A program made the position numbers and the translations under genes. The notes under the pieces are model-generated. The model saw only the letters and a program-made list of their open reading frames with translations. It was not told the DNA's origin and searched no databases. DNA of 48,162 nt from a bacterium (GTDB taxonomy: Bacteria > Coprothermobacterota > Coprothermobacteria > Coprothermobacterales > JAADFF01). Shown in pieces: positions 38,771 through 47,888 of the stretch; positions within the stretch are counted from its first letter, which is position 1, and each line of letters starts with the position of its first letter. Where the stretch lies: assembly GCA_027063755.1 (NCBI GenBank), contig JAMORD010000040.1, positions 1 to 48,162 on the forward strand. Direction: 5' to 3'.

Positions 38771-39291
38771 GATATCTCGTCGTTAAGGCAGTAAGAGAGC
38801 TGGTATATATGGGTGGTATAGGAGTCTTCAACGAGTTTGGTATCCCTCAAGAGTTTCGCTACACAGACCCGGTGGAACCGACAGAAGTGCAGAGAATTCT
38901 CTTTGGCGACAGCTTAGACCTTGCTGTGAGGGTGAAAGTTGTTGGAGAGTCGCTTATTAAGGAATTGTCTGTATCACCGGAGTATATTATTACTCACACT
39001 AAAGATATGCTTCAAATTAAATCATCTATTCCCCTTGCTTATCTTGAACATACCCAGCATGCACCTCTTGACGATGTTGGTAAGTATGTCTCTGAAGGAG
39101 AAGGTTATCTTGTGCAGCTGTATCCTGCTCAATCTCCGTATTATGTGGTTCTTTCAAGTAAGAAGAAAGATATTGGTAAACTTGTTGATATATTGGTAGA
39201 CTTTGCCACCCATATTGCCGATGTCATAGAACCGCTGACAAGGGTAGAAGGTGTCATTGATTACATTTACAATACCCAGTATAAATTATGA
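38755..39291 (+). CDS. Conserved-looking hypothetical protein
   Basis: LGYL...GGIGVFNEFGIPQEFRYTDPVEPTEVQRILFG...EPLTRV; overlaps fliA. Confidence 0.8.
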   Translation: MGSLLGYLVVKAVRELVYMGGIGVFNEFGIPQEFRYTDPVEPTEVQRILFGDSLDLAVRVKVVGESLIKELSVSPEYIITHTKDMLQIKSSIPLAYLEHTQHAPLDDVGKYVSEGEGYLVQLYPAQSPYYVVLSSKKKDIGKLVDILVDFATHIADVIEPLTRVEGVIDYIYNTQYKL

Positions 39292-39938
39292 GTGTAAAGG
39301 TTAACAAGGTCAATGTGGCCTTTTCACCTTATATTATCCGCCTAGGGTATATCAGAAGAGTACATTCTAAACCTCTTGATGTATGGTCTTATGAGACCCA
39401 TGAGCCTGATTATCTCTTATCTTTGCCATCTCATATGCTTCACAGCGAGCCATTAGAGGTCAGCTCTCACAGACTAAATATATCCAGGCTATCTGCCCAT
39501 ATAGAAAACATGCATGTTAGACCGCTTATGACTAAAGTGAGACAAAAGCGTATGCTGAAGGTCTATCAGAGGCGATATCGTAACATCTCTTTGCGTGTTT
39601 ATAAAAGGCATGTTTCTATTTTGCTAAAAGTCGTTGTTCATACCATTGTGGGTTTTTACGGTGTGCCTATGAAAAGAAGGGGGATACCCGCTGATGATGT
39701 ACCATCTCATGTGAAATCGGCATTTCGTGTGCTTCTCATGAAAAGGAAAATACGGGCATCTGTAAAACTGAAATATTATTTCCCCAATGTTGCTATTACT
39801 CCTTCAGGTAAACTGAAATATCTGGGGGGCGGTTATCTGCTGGTAATACCGTCAAGGGGCACACGGATTATGCTCAATGTATATATTATTGAAGATAGTA
39901 AGGGAAAGGAGCATATGCTTATGGAGGTGGTTCAGTGA
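39288..39938 (+). CDS. Hypothetical basic protein
   Basis: Four-nt start/stop overlaps at both ends; rich in R, K and H. Confidence 0.65.
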   Translation: MSVKVNKVNVAFSPYIIRLGYIRRVHSKPLDVWSYETHEPDYLLSLPSHMLHSEPLEVSSHRLNISRLSAHIENMHVRPLMTKVRQKRMLKVYQRRYRNISLRVYKRHVSILLKVVVHTIVGFYGVPMKRRGIPADDVPSHVKSAFRVLLMKRKIRASVKLKYYFPNVAITPSGKLKYLGGGYLLVIPSRGTRIMLNVYIIEDSKGKEHMLMEVVQ

Positions 39939-40345
39939 TAGTTTGGACTATTGTGGGTATTTTGCTTGTTCTTATTGTCAATATCATTATGTTCTTTGTT
40001 GCCTATCGTTGGCTTAAGCAGACAGTTGAAGATTATCTTCATGAGAAAGAATATGAGTATCAAAAACTTTTGGAAGATATGGAACAGGAGAAAATCCATA
40101 TGCGTGCATATATGGAGTCTCTTGCGTCTGTGTATCGTGATTATCTGAAGCGGGTAGATACTATTGTTGAGCGACTTGTTGATGTGCAGTGGAAAGAGTT
40201 TGATAAAGATGCAAGGGATATTATTATGCTCTATCTGAAGGGGTATAATATAAATGAGATAGTGGCAAAGTTAGGTGTACCTAAGGAGACTGTAAAGTTT
40301 ACTCTCATGGTCGCCTTAGGACGGGAGGGCGATGATGATGCTTAG
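39935..40345 (+). CDS. Hypothetical TM + coiled-coil + C-terminal HTH protein
   Basis: N-terminal TM helix, coiled coil, and GYNINEIVAKLGVPKETVKF HTH-like tail. Confidence 0.75.
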   Translation: MIVWTIVGILLVLIVNIIMFFVAYRWLKQTVEDYLHEKEYEYQKLLEDMEQEKIHMRAYMESLASVYRDYLKRVDTIVERLVDVQWKEFDKDARDIIMLYLKGYNINEIVAKLGVPKETVKFTLMVALGREGDDDA

Positions 40346-41054
40346 AGGAATATATCAGGCTACTTCAAAACTTATAACCAATCTCAGGTGGCAGGAAGTT
40401 ATAGAAGATAATCTGTCTAACCTCAATACGCCAGGTTTTAGAGAGAAACTTGTAGCTATTGGCATAGATGAGGAGCATGTGCTAAAGAGGGTTGAAAAAG
40501 GTCAGGCCCCTGATATTGGCACATTGACCTTCAATGTGCAGATTGATGCCCTGACATATTCCAGTGAACAGGGTGGTCTAAAACCTACCGATAGTCCTTA
40601 TCACTTTGCCATTGTTGGCGATGGGTATTTTGCCGTCAGTAGAAATGGCCAGAGGGTATATACCCGTAATGGTGAGTTTATTAGACAATCTGATGGCACA
40701 TTGGCTCTGGCCGATGGTTCGGTGCTTTTGGGTGAAAATGGAGCACCTATTAGGGTGCCAGAAGATTTCTATGTAGATCCTGCAGGTCGTATGTTTAATG
40801 CCACAGGTAGATATATAGGCACTATACCCACATACAACCTTACAGGTATCAATGATCTTGGAGGAGGTTTTTATACAGGCGGTGCCACGAGAAGTGGTTC
40901 TGTTGTGTTGCAGGGTTATTTAGAGGAACCTAATATTGATGTCATTAAGCAGATGACCGATATGATTCGTGCAGCAAGGTCATTTCAGGCGTCTTCCAAG
41001 GTTGTGACAACCGAATATGACACGGTTGGTAGACTCATTAATACCGTGTCTTAA
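40332..41054 (+). CDS. flgF: Flagellar basal-body rod protein (FlgF/FlgG family)
   Basis: NLSNLNTPGF, AIVGDGYF, YTRNGEF and QGYLE motifs; first of a tandem pair. Confidence 0.8.
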   Translation: MMMLRGIYQATSKLITNLRWQEVIEDNLSNLNTPGFREKLVAIGIDEEHVLKRVEKGQAPDIGTLTFNVQIDALTYSSEQGGLKPTDSPYHFAIVGDGYFAVSRNGQRVYTRNGEFIRQSDGTLALADGSVLLGENGAPIRVPEDFYVDPAGRMFNATGRYIGTIPTYNLTGINDLGGGFYTGGATRSGSVVLQGYLEEPNIDVIKQMTDMIRAARSFQASSKVVTTEYDTVGRLINTVS

Positions 41055-41062
41055 TGAGGTGA

Positions 41063-41806
41063 TTGTGTATGTCTGAGTGGACTTATTCAATAGCAAGGGC
41101 TGGATTGTGGGCATCGGCATCTAAGATTAATGCCCATGCTCAGAATATAGCCAATGCGGGAACTGTTGGATATAAGCCCTTTGAGAGGGCTGTCATGACA
41201 GGTATTATCAATAAGTTTTATGGTATTACTAAACCTGTTGGTATTTCTACAGGCTCTTTGGCTGTTCGTGAATACGAGATGCCATTTCAGGGCAATTTTA
41301 TTGAAGGTGCAACTCCAATTAATATGGCGATACTCGGTAAAGGATATTTTGCCGTTAGAGATCAAGCAGGCAATGTGTTTTATACCCGCAATGGTGATTT
41401 CAAGATAGATGTTAATGGCGATCTTGTAAATGATGAAGGTATGTATGTTCTTGATAATAAGGGTAAATCTATAAACTTAAAAGATGTAAGCTTAGATGAA
41501 GTTATGGTAGATGAGAGGGGGAATATCTGGTATAAAGATCAGGTTGTTGCCACGGTTGGTGTGTATTATTCGCAGACGGCTGATAATTTTGTGAAGGCGG
41601 GTAATAATAAGTATGTGGCCCGTGGCCCTGTTTTTCTACTACAAAATGGTTATAATGTATTAGGAGGATATTTAGAGGCGTCCTCTGTTGATATAACAGA
41701 GGAGATGACTGGTATCATTAAAGCACAGCGGGCTTATCAGTTTGCAGCCCGTAGTTTGAAAAATGCAGATGAAATGATACAAACAAGTATAAATATGAGG
41801 GGTTGA
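41063..41806 (+). CDS. flgG: Flagellar basal-body rod protein (FlgG family)
   Basis: NIANAGTVGYK, YTRNGDF, GYLEASSVD and AQRAYQ motifs. Confidence 0.82.
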   Translation: MCMSEWTYSIARAGLWASASKINAHAQNIANAGTVGYKPFERAVMTGIINKFYGITKPVGISTGSLAVREYEMPFQGNFIEGATPINMAILGKGYFAVRDQAGNVFYTRNGDFKIDVNGDLVNDEGMYVLDNKGKSINLKDVSLDEVMVDERGNIWYKDQVVATVGVYYSQTADNFVKAGNNKYVARGPVFLLQNGYNVLGGYLEASSVDITEEMTGIIKAQRAYQFAARSLKNADEMIQTSINMRG

Positions 41807-41813
41807 TTGAGCG

Positions 41814-42665
41814 GTGGTGAAAGTTCCGGATTTACAAAAACTCATAGATAAGATAGAAGAGGTAGTACCGCTTCCAAGTGTTGCGATGAGGATCATCAAT
41901 TATATTGATGATCCTGATGCGGAAATTTCTCAGCTTGCCAAGCTTATATCCATGGACCAAGCGCTCACCACCGAAGTTCTGAAGCTTGCAAACTCTGCTT
42001 ATTATGGTTTTCCCAGAAGGGTTTCAACAATTAGTGAGGCAGTTGTCATTTTAGGCTTCAGTACTACTCGCAGTGTTGTGTGGAGCGTTATTCTCAGCAG
42101 TACACTTAAGAAGCCAGTGCTTGGTTATGCTTTGCCCGAAGGTGCCTTGTGGCGCCATAGTGTTGCTGTTGCCGTCGGCAGTAAGCTGATTCTCCAACAT
42201 GCCAATGTCAAAGGTGTAAACATGGAAGAGGCATTTGTTGCCGGTCTTATTCATGACATAGGTAAGCTCTTGCTTGCCACATATGTGGCTGGGGCCTATG
42301 AAGAAATTGTTAAAGTTATAGCTGAAGGCAAAACATTTGACGAGGCGGAGAGACAGGTGCTCGGATATGACCATGCTATTGTTGGTTCTATGGCAGCTGA
42401 GAAGTGGAATCTACCGAATATATATGTTGATGCTATAAAGTATCATCACAGACCTAATGAGACAGATAACCTGATGGCAAAGGTTGTTCACCTTGCTGAT
42501 TATATAGCATATTCTATGGGATGGGGTAGTGAAGGGTTGGAAGGTTTAAACTATACGCTTGATGAAAGTGTCTTAGAGGAGTTGGGCATTGCACCTGAAG
42601 AAATAGATGTGCTCTTTAATGAAACGCTTGATCAGGCCGAGCTATTCTTGTCTTCAATAGGCTAA
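41814..42665 (+). CDS. Stand-alone HDOD-domain protein
   Basis: LPSV, DQALT.EVLKLANSAYYG, WRHS, GLIHDIGK, DHA and YHH motifs. Confidence 0.93.
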   Translation: MVKVPDLQKLIDKIEEVVPLPSVAMRIINYIDDPDAEISQLAKLISMDQALTTEVLKLANSAYYGFPRRVSTISEAVVILGFSTTRSVVWSVILSSTLKKPVLGYALPEGALWRHSVAVAVGSKLILQHANVKGVNMEEAFVAGLIHDIGKLLLATYVAGAYEEIVKVIAEGKTFDEAERQVLGYDHAIVGSMAAEKWNLPNIYVDAIKYHHRPNETDNLMAKVVHLADYIAYSMGWGSEGLEGLNYTLDESVLEELGIAPEEIDVLFNETLDQAELFLSSIG

Positions 42666-42670
42666 AGTAG

Positions 42671-42697
42671 TGAATTTTGTACCCGACTTTCCGATAT
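42671..42697 (+). promoter_or_regulatory. Sigma28-type promoter for flgM-flgN-flgK-flgL-fliW-csrA
   Basis: TGAA-N15-TCCGATAT matches the TAAA-N15-GCCGATAA consensus just upstream of flgM. Confidence 0.6.
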
Positions 42698-42717
42698 TGA
42701 TTATGAGGTGATAGGCC

Positions 42718-42999
42718 ATGCGTGCAAGTCTTGAGAGGTTGTATGTGCATCTGTCAGACATATCAATTAGGTTAGCCCGAGCAGACAAGGCAGAAGATAT
42801 TAAACCAGCGGATAAAAAAAGCAGGGTATTAAGTAAAAAAGATGATGTCAGAATCAATGTGGCAAAGTCTCTTGAGAGAATACAAGAGGAAAGAGCTGCA
42901 TATATAGAGGCTTTAAAAGAGAAAATAGCCAGAGGTGAATATAGGGTATCTGCTGAAGAAGTTGCCGCAAGAATATTAGGAGTGATAGACGATGTCTAA
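42718..42999 (+). CDS. flgM: Anti-sigma28 factor
   Basis: DDVRI...RAAYIEALKEKIARGEYRVSAEEVAARIL, the typical FlgM C-terminus. Confidence 0.88.
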   Translation: MRASLERLYVHLSDISIRLARADKAEDIKPADKKSRVLSKKDDVRINVAKSLERIQEERAAYIEALKEKIARGEYRVSAEEVAARILGVIDDV

Positions 43000-43333
43000 A
43001 GGTGCGGATCAGTATCTGGCTCTGATTAGAGAGCTGAAGGATCTGATCCGCACCCAGGGCCGCTATATCTCACAGTGGGACAGCAAAAAAGTTGAAGAGC
43101 TAACCCCGCTGATAGAGGAAAAAGCGGCCATTTTTCGTAGTTGGTGGGATGATCCTCAGCAAAGAGAAAAGTTGCTTTCTAATGAAGAGATTTTAATGGA
43201 ACTTCCTGAGCTCCTTGAGCTTTTGGATAACAACCTCGTGATGCTTAGCATGGCCGTCAGTATGTACAAAGAAGTATTTAAAACTCTGGAGAGTGGTGTA
43301 TCTACTTACGACTTTTCCGGCAGGGTGAGGTGA
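42992..43333 (+). CDS. flgN: Flagellar export chaperone (FlgN-like)
   Basis: Helical protein between flgM and flgK ending in TYDFSG. Confidence 0.65.
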   Translation: MSKGADQYLALIRELKDLIRTQGRYISQWDSKKVEELTPLIEEKAAIFRSWWDDPQQREKLLSNEEILMELPELLELLDNNLVMLSMAVSMYKEVFKTLESGVSTYDFSGRVR

Positions 43334-43339
43334 TGGCCT

Positions 43340-45121
43340 ATGCTAGGTGCAGGGAATATTGCCCTTGAGATAGCAAAGCGTTCTCTTGGTGCACATATGC
43401 TCCTTATGGATGTTGTGTCCCATAATATTGCCAATGTCAATACGCCTGGCTATACAAGACAGCGTGGGATTGCCGAAACAACTTATCCGTTTGGTGTGCC
43501 CGGTATGGGCTATATGGGAATTCCCGGTCAGATAGGAACAGGTGTTGAAGTTAAATATATTCAGAGACTGAGAAATGATTTTCTTGATAGGCAATTTAGG
43601 CAGGAAAATGGTGTGCTCGGTCAAGAAGAGGCCAAAGAGGGGGTTTACGATGTCATAGAAACCATGCTTCAAGAACCCAGTGATATAGGTTTAGGCTCTG
43701 TTATATCTGCATACTTTGATGCGTGGCAAGAGCTTAGTGTGACTCCAGAAGACCCTGCCATACGCAATATGGTTATTGAACGCACGAAAAATCTTATTGA
43801 CACTTTCCATCACTATGCCAATCAGCTTATTGATCTTAGGGCTGAGATAGATTTTCAGATAAAGGAAACTGTAAAGAAGATTAATACCTTGGCCCATCAG
43901 ATAGCTGATCTCAACGGAAAGATAGAGCAGGCTCTGGCTGCTAACCAGAGACCTAACGATATGTTAGATAAGAGAGATTATCTTATAGACCAGCTTAGTA
44001 AACTTGTCAATGTCAGGGTTGAAAAGCTAGATAATGGTGGAGTTTCGCTATTTGTGGGTTCTATGAATATCATAGATGACAGAAGGGTTAATCCTATAGA
44101 GGTATTTAAGAATACAGAGATTAATGCATCCGATGTATCCGACCTTTCCAGTGCCACAACAAAGTTTGTTAGTTCTTATGGCAACAAGGGTTGGAATGGT
44201 GAAAAGGTTCGCTTCAATGGTTCACCTGATGGTGATGGGGGCACATTCAGTGGTGTAGATCCTTACAACACATCGGTGAATACATTGTGGGTGAAGTTCT
44301 TTAGTGATTCACCTGATGAGTCTGTAAAATATGTTGCTCTTGACAATAAGAGTTTAAGAAGTGGAAAACTGTTTGGCCTCATAGAGGCCCGCGATGATGT
44401 CATATGGAATACCCTTGAAAAGCTTGATAAGCTTGTATGGGGACTCGTTTCCCGTGCTAATGAAGTTCATAGACAGGGTGCAGACCTCCATGGTAATACC
44501 GGTGAAGATATATTCCTTGTACCTGATAGTATTTATACATCTTCAAGACCACAAGATTTGGTAGCCACATTGTATGCTGGTGATGATTCTAGTGGTTTGT
44601 GGAAGAGTTCAAACTTCAGGGGTATTGCTGCCCATGTGTATCTCAATCCCGATATAGATGGGCATCCTGAAAAACTGGCTGCGGCAAGACAAGACTCTTC
44701 TGCTGGGGTTGGTCCCGATGGATATTACAACCTGTCTGGTGATTCTACAGTTGCTGTTGCTATGGCCCAGTTGAGAGATATTAATATGGGACAAACTTCT
44801 ATTACCGTAAACAATTATCCCATCAGTTTGACATCTCCGGCTAACTTTACCAGCGATATGGTGCTTAAGAGCACCCGTGAATATTTTGATTCATGGGTAT
44901 CTGGTATAGGCTCTGATTCTGAAAACAACAAGACTATAAAGAGCAATGTAGAAAATTTGACGAAAATGCTTGACCTGAAGAGAAAGCAGGAAAGTGGTGT
45001 CAATTTAGACGAAGAGGCCGCTGACATGATACGCTTTCAAAAAGCCTATAATGCTGCTGCTCGTATTGTCTCAGTAATGGAACAGGTGATGGATACGATT
45101 ATTAATTTAGGAAGGGCATAA
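43340..45121 (+). CDS. flgK: Hook-associated protein 1
   Basis: SHNIANVNTPGYTRQ and SGVNLDEE...FQKAYNAAAR motifs. Confidence 0.97.
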   Translation: MLGAGNIALEIAKRSLGAHMLLMDVVSHNIANVNTPGYTRQRGIAETTYPFGVPGMGYMGIPGQIGTGVEVKYIQRLRNDFLDRQFRQENGVLGQEEAKEGVYDVIETMLQEPSDIGLGSVISAYFDAWQELSVTPEDPAIRNMVIERTKNLIDTFHHYANQLIDLRAEIDFQIKETVKKINTLAHQIADLNGKIEQALAANQRPNDMLDKRDYLIDQLSKLVNVRVEKLDNGGVSLFVGSMNIIDDRRVNPIEVFKNTEINASDVSDLSSATTKFVSSYGNKGWNGEKVRFNGSPDGDGGTFSGVDPYNTSVNTLWVKFFSDSPDESVKYVALDNKSLRSGKLFGLIEARDDVIWNTLEKLDKLVWGLVSRANEVHRQGADLHGNTGEDIFLVPDSIYTSSRPQDLVATLYAGDDSSGLWKSSNFRGIAAHVYLNPDIDGHPEKLAAARQDSSAGVGPDGYYNLSGDSTVAVAMAQLRDINMGQTSITVNNYPISLTSPANFTSDMVLKSTREYFDSWVSGIGSDSENNKTIKSNVENLTKMLDLKRKQESGVNLDEEAADMIRFQKAYNAAARIVSVMEQVMDTIINLGRA

Positions 45122-45134
45122 GGAGGTGTAAAAG

Positions 45135-46136
45135 ATGAGAGTATCTAACACATTTTTACATGAAAGAATGCTTTACGATATACAGTCGGTTATGACCCGT
45201 CTTGTGAGGGCTCAGAATGAGCTGTCTTCTGGTAAGCGTATACTGAAGCCGTCTGATGACCCGCTGGGAACAGCGCTTGTTCTTCGTTGGCGTGGACAGA
45301 TTTCTAAGATGGATAGGTGGCAGAAAAACATAGAGGAACTTCAAAGCAGATTTGAGATGTCTGAAAGTAATCTTGATACGGTTAAAGATTTGCTGACAAG
45401 GGCGAGAGATATTTTTATCAGGGGTGGTTCTGACTCTCTTGGTCCAGATGAGAAGAAGGCCCTTGCCGACGAACTTGACCAGATACTTCAGGAGCTTGTT
45501 AATAGAATGAATGCCAAGTATGGTGATAGATATCTGTTTGCCGGGGCTGATGTCTTGCATAGACCCTTTGAGGTGCAGAAAGATGCCACAGGTAAGATTA
45601 TCGCTGTGACATATCACGGTTATCCTATACCTTCCCGTGATCCTTCTACAGGCAATCTCAATGAAGAAGCTTGGCTTCCCGTTGAGGTAGGTGAAGGTGT
45701 AACAATGCCTCAGAATGTGCCTGGTGATTGGGCTGTTATGAAAGAAACAAATGCTACATCACCATCTGATGACCTAAAGATGTTTAGGGTTATTATCCAA
45801 GCAAGGGATGCCCTGGTTCAAGATAAAAATTTGTCTGTGGAGCAGTATACCGATGCCAATGGGAATCAAGAGGCCTTTATTGACAGCATAGATAAAGTAC
45901 TTGCCCGTGTAGGTGAGGCTTTGGCGTATATAGGCACAAAGGTTGAGAGGCTGCAGGGACTTCATACATTTTATGAAAAAATGCGGGTAAACTATGAGGG
46001 ACTGCGTAGCAAACTGGAAGATGCCGATGTGGCCGAGGTGTATATCAACTATTCTAAGGAGCAACTTGTATATCAGAGTGCACTAAAGGTTGCATCTAAC
46101 ATACTGACCCCAAGCCTTATTGATTACATCAGGTAG
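45135..46136 (+). CDS. flgL: Hook-associated protein 3
   Basis: MRVS, SSGKRILKPSDDP, YLFAG and SLIDYIR motifs. Confidence 0.96.
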   Translation: MRVSNTFLHERMLYDIQSVMTRLVRAQNELSSGKRILKPSDDPLGTALVLRWRGQISKMDRWQKNIEELQSRFEMSESNLDTVKDLLTRARDIFIRGGSDSLGPDEKKALADELDQILQELVNRMNAKYGDRYLFAGADVLHRPFEVQKDATGKIIAVTYHGYPIPSRDPSTGNLNEEAWLPVEVGEGVTMPQNVPGDWAVMKETNATSPSDDLKMFRVIIQARDALVQDKNLSVEQYTDANGNQEAFIDSIDKVLARVGEALAYIGTKVERLQGLHTFYEKMRVNYEGLRSKLEDADVAEVYINYSKEQLVYQSALKVASNILTPSLIDYIR

Positions 46137-46146
46137 GTGATATTAG

Positions 46147-46599
46147 ATGGTTGTCAATACCAAGATATTTGGTCCTATAGATGTGCCTGAAGAGTCTATA
46201 ATTCTGTTTCCACAAGGACTTGTCGGGCTTCCTTGGCTTCAGAGGTTTGTGCTTATTCAGGAAGAAGGATTGGAGCCGTTTTTTACCCTGCAGTCTGTAG
46301 ATGAGGCAGACTTTGCCTTGTGGATAGTGCCTTCTTTGTTTATTGACCCTGAATATGCTCCCCCTGTTGATGAGATAGAGATAGCGGATCTTGGTAATAA
46401 AGACGATATACTACCCATGATTATTGTGTGGACCGAGGAAACAGATGATGGCAGTCATAAGACATATGCCAACTTGAAGGCACCACTTCTCATCAATCCT
46501 AAAATAAAGAAGGGGAGACAAGTTGTTATAGACATAGAAGAGTATCCTCTGAAAAAAGACATAACGGCGGTGGTAGACAGTGCTGGTACTAACGCGTAA
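46147..46599 (+). CDS. fliW: Flagellar assembly factor FliW
   Basis: FPQGLVG, LQS and ANLKAPLLIN...GRQ motifs. Confidence 0.94.
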   Translation: MVVNTKIFGPIDVPEESIILFPQGLVGLPWLQRFVLIQEEGLEPFFTLQSVDEADFALWIVPSLFIDPEYAPPVDEIEIADLGNKDDILPMIIVWTEETDDGSHKTYANLKAPLLINPKIKKGRQVVIDIEEYPLKKDITAVVDSAGTNA

Positions 46600-46849
46600 A
46601 AAGGGAGAGGCAATAGTAATTGGCGATAACATTAAGATTGTTGTCGTCTCTGTTAGTGGTGATTCTGTAAAGATTGGTATTGAGGCTCCTTCTGATGTCA
46701 AGATATTAAGGGCAGAACTCCTTGAGGCTGTCAAAGATATCAATGTTGTAGCATCAAAGGCTATTCCCCATGTAAAGATGAAAAAGGGAGGGACAAAGCC
46801 CTCCATTCTTACCGACCTTACTATTAAGGCACAAAGAAAAGAAAATTAG
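46580..46849 (+). CDS. csrA: Carbon storage regulator
   Basis: MLVLTRKKGEAIVIGD...VKIGIEAP...R.EL signature. Confidence 0.96.
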   Translation: MLVLTRKKGEAIVIGDNIKIVVVSVSGDSVKIGIEAPSDVKILRAELLEAVKDINVVASKAIPHVKMKKGGTKPSILTDLTIKAQRKEN

Positions 46850-47823
46850 AAGAAGATAGATGCCTCTTCGTAGAGTTTTATATCGGCATATTTAGGTTTT
46901 TCTACTACAATCTCCAGTGGTTTTGTTGTTAGTGTTTCTCCTTCTATAGCAACAAACATACCATTTTCACCGTTTAGTATGGCATCTACAGCCTTGATAC
47001 CCATACGTGTAGCCAAGAGTCTATCGGTCACTGTAGGCGAACCTCCCCTTAGCTGGTGACCCAGTACGGTAGCCCTTGCTTCAAAGTTGCCTCTTTCGGA
47101 TATGAGTTTTTTCAATGCACTGCCTACACCGTTTTTCTCTTTACCGGGAATATCTGCTCCTTCGGCCACTACGATAATGCTGAAGTCTTTACCCCTTCTT
47201 TTTCTATCCATAATATGGTCTATAAGCTTGTCAATATCAAAGGATATTTCTGGTATGACTATGTAATCTGCACCACCTGTGATACCACCTATCAAGGCTA
47301 GCCAGCCAACATCGCCCCCCATAACTTCTACCACCATAACTCTGTGGTGGGATTCAGCTGTTGTATGTAATCTATCAAGAGCTTCGGCCACTGTTGTTAC
47401 TGCCGTGTTAAATCCAATCGTGGTATCTGTACCGATAATATCATTGTCTATTGTTTGTGGTATACCAATAACATTGATGCCTGCTTGATACAATTTATGG
47501 GAAGCTATAAGTGATGGTCTATCGCCGACGACAACGAGGTAATCAATACCGTATCTTTCCATTTCATCTTTGATGATGGCAATATCCTCTTCATTTTCCG
47601 TAGGGTCAAATGTTGATGATCCCAATATCGTGCCTCCGGCGGGGAGTATTCCCGATACACTCCTTGAAGTTAATACGATGATATCATCATTGAGAAATCC
47701 CAGAAATCCTTTTCTAATACCAACAAGCTCTATATCGTGCCTAAGGGCATATCTGACGATACTTCTTACCGCTGGATTACCTCCGGGTGCATCAGCGCCG
47801 GTTGTTACTACACCGATTTTCAT
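46846..47823 (-). CDS. pfkA: PfkA-family phosphofructokinase homologue with altered active-site motifs
   Basis: GADAPG, GGTILG, TIDND, GFNTA, VEVMG and LGH..RGG motifs; GGAGG SD. Confidence 0.85.
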   Translation of the reverse strand: MKIGVVTTGADAPGGNPAVRSIVRYALRHDIELVGIRKGFLGFLNDDIIVLTSRSVSGILPAGGTILGSSTFDPTENEEDIAIIKDEMERYGIDYLVVVGDRPSLIASHKLYQAGINVIGIPQTIDNDIIGTDTTIGFNTAVTTVAEALDRLHTTAESHHRVMVVEVMGGDVGWLALIGGITGGADYIVIPEISFDIDKLIDHIMDRKRRGKDFSIIVVAEGADIPGKEKNGVGSALKKLISERGNFEARATVLGHQLRGGSPTVTDRLLATRMGIKAVDAILNGENGMFVAIEGETLTTKPLEIVVEKPKYADIKLYEEASIFF

Positions 47824-47843
47824 AGGGCAAACCTCCCTTGTAT

Positions 47844-47872
47844 TTGATTGAATGATATCTGTCTAATACAAT
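47844..47872 (+). promoter_or_regulatory. Sigma70-type promoter for tadA
   Basis: TTGATT-N17-TACAAT, 16 nt upstream of the ATG. Confidence 0.55.
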
Positions 47873-47888
47873 TATAACGGTGAGGAGT

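Noticed and set aside
44100-44880. S/G/D-rich inserts in FlgK as an intein or foreign domain
   Set aside because: No intein termini; the central region of FlgK is normally variable.
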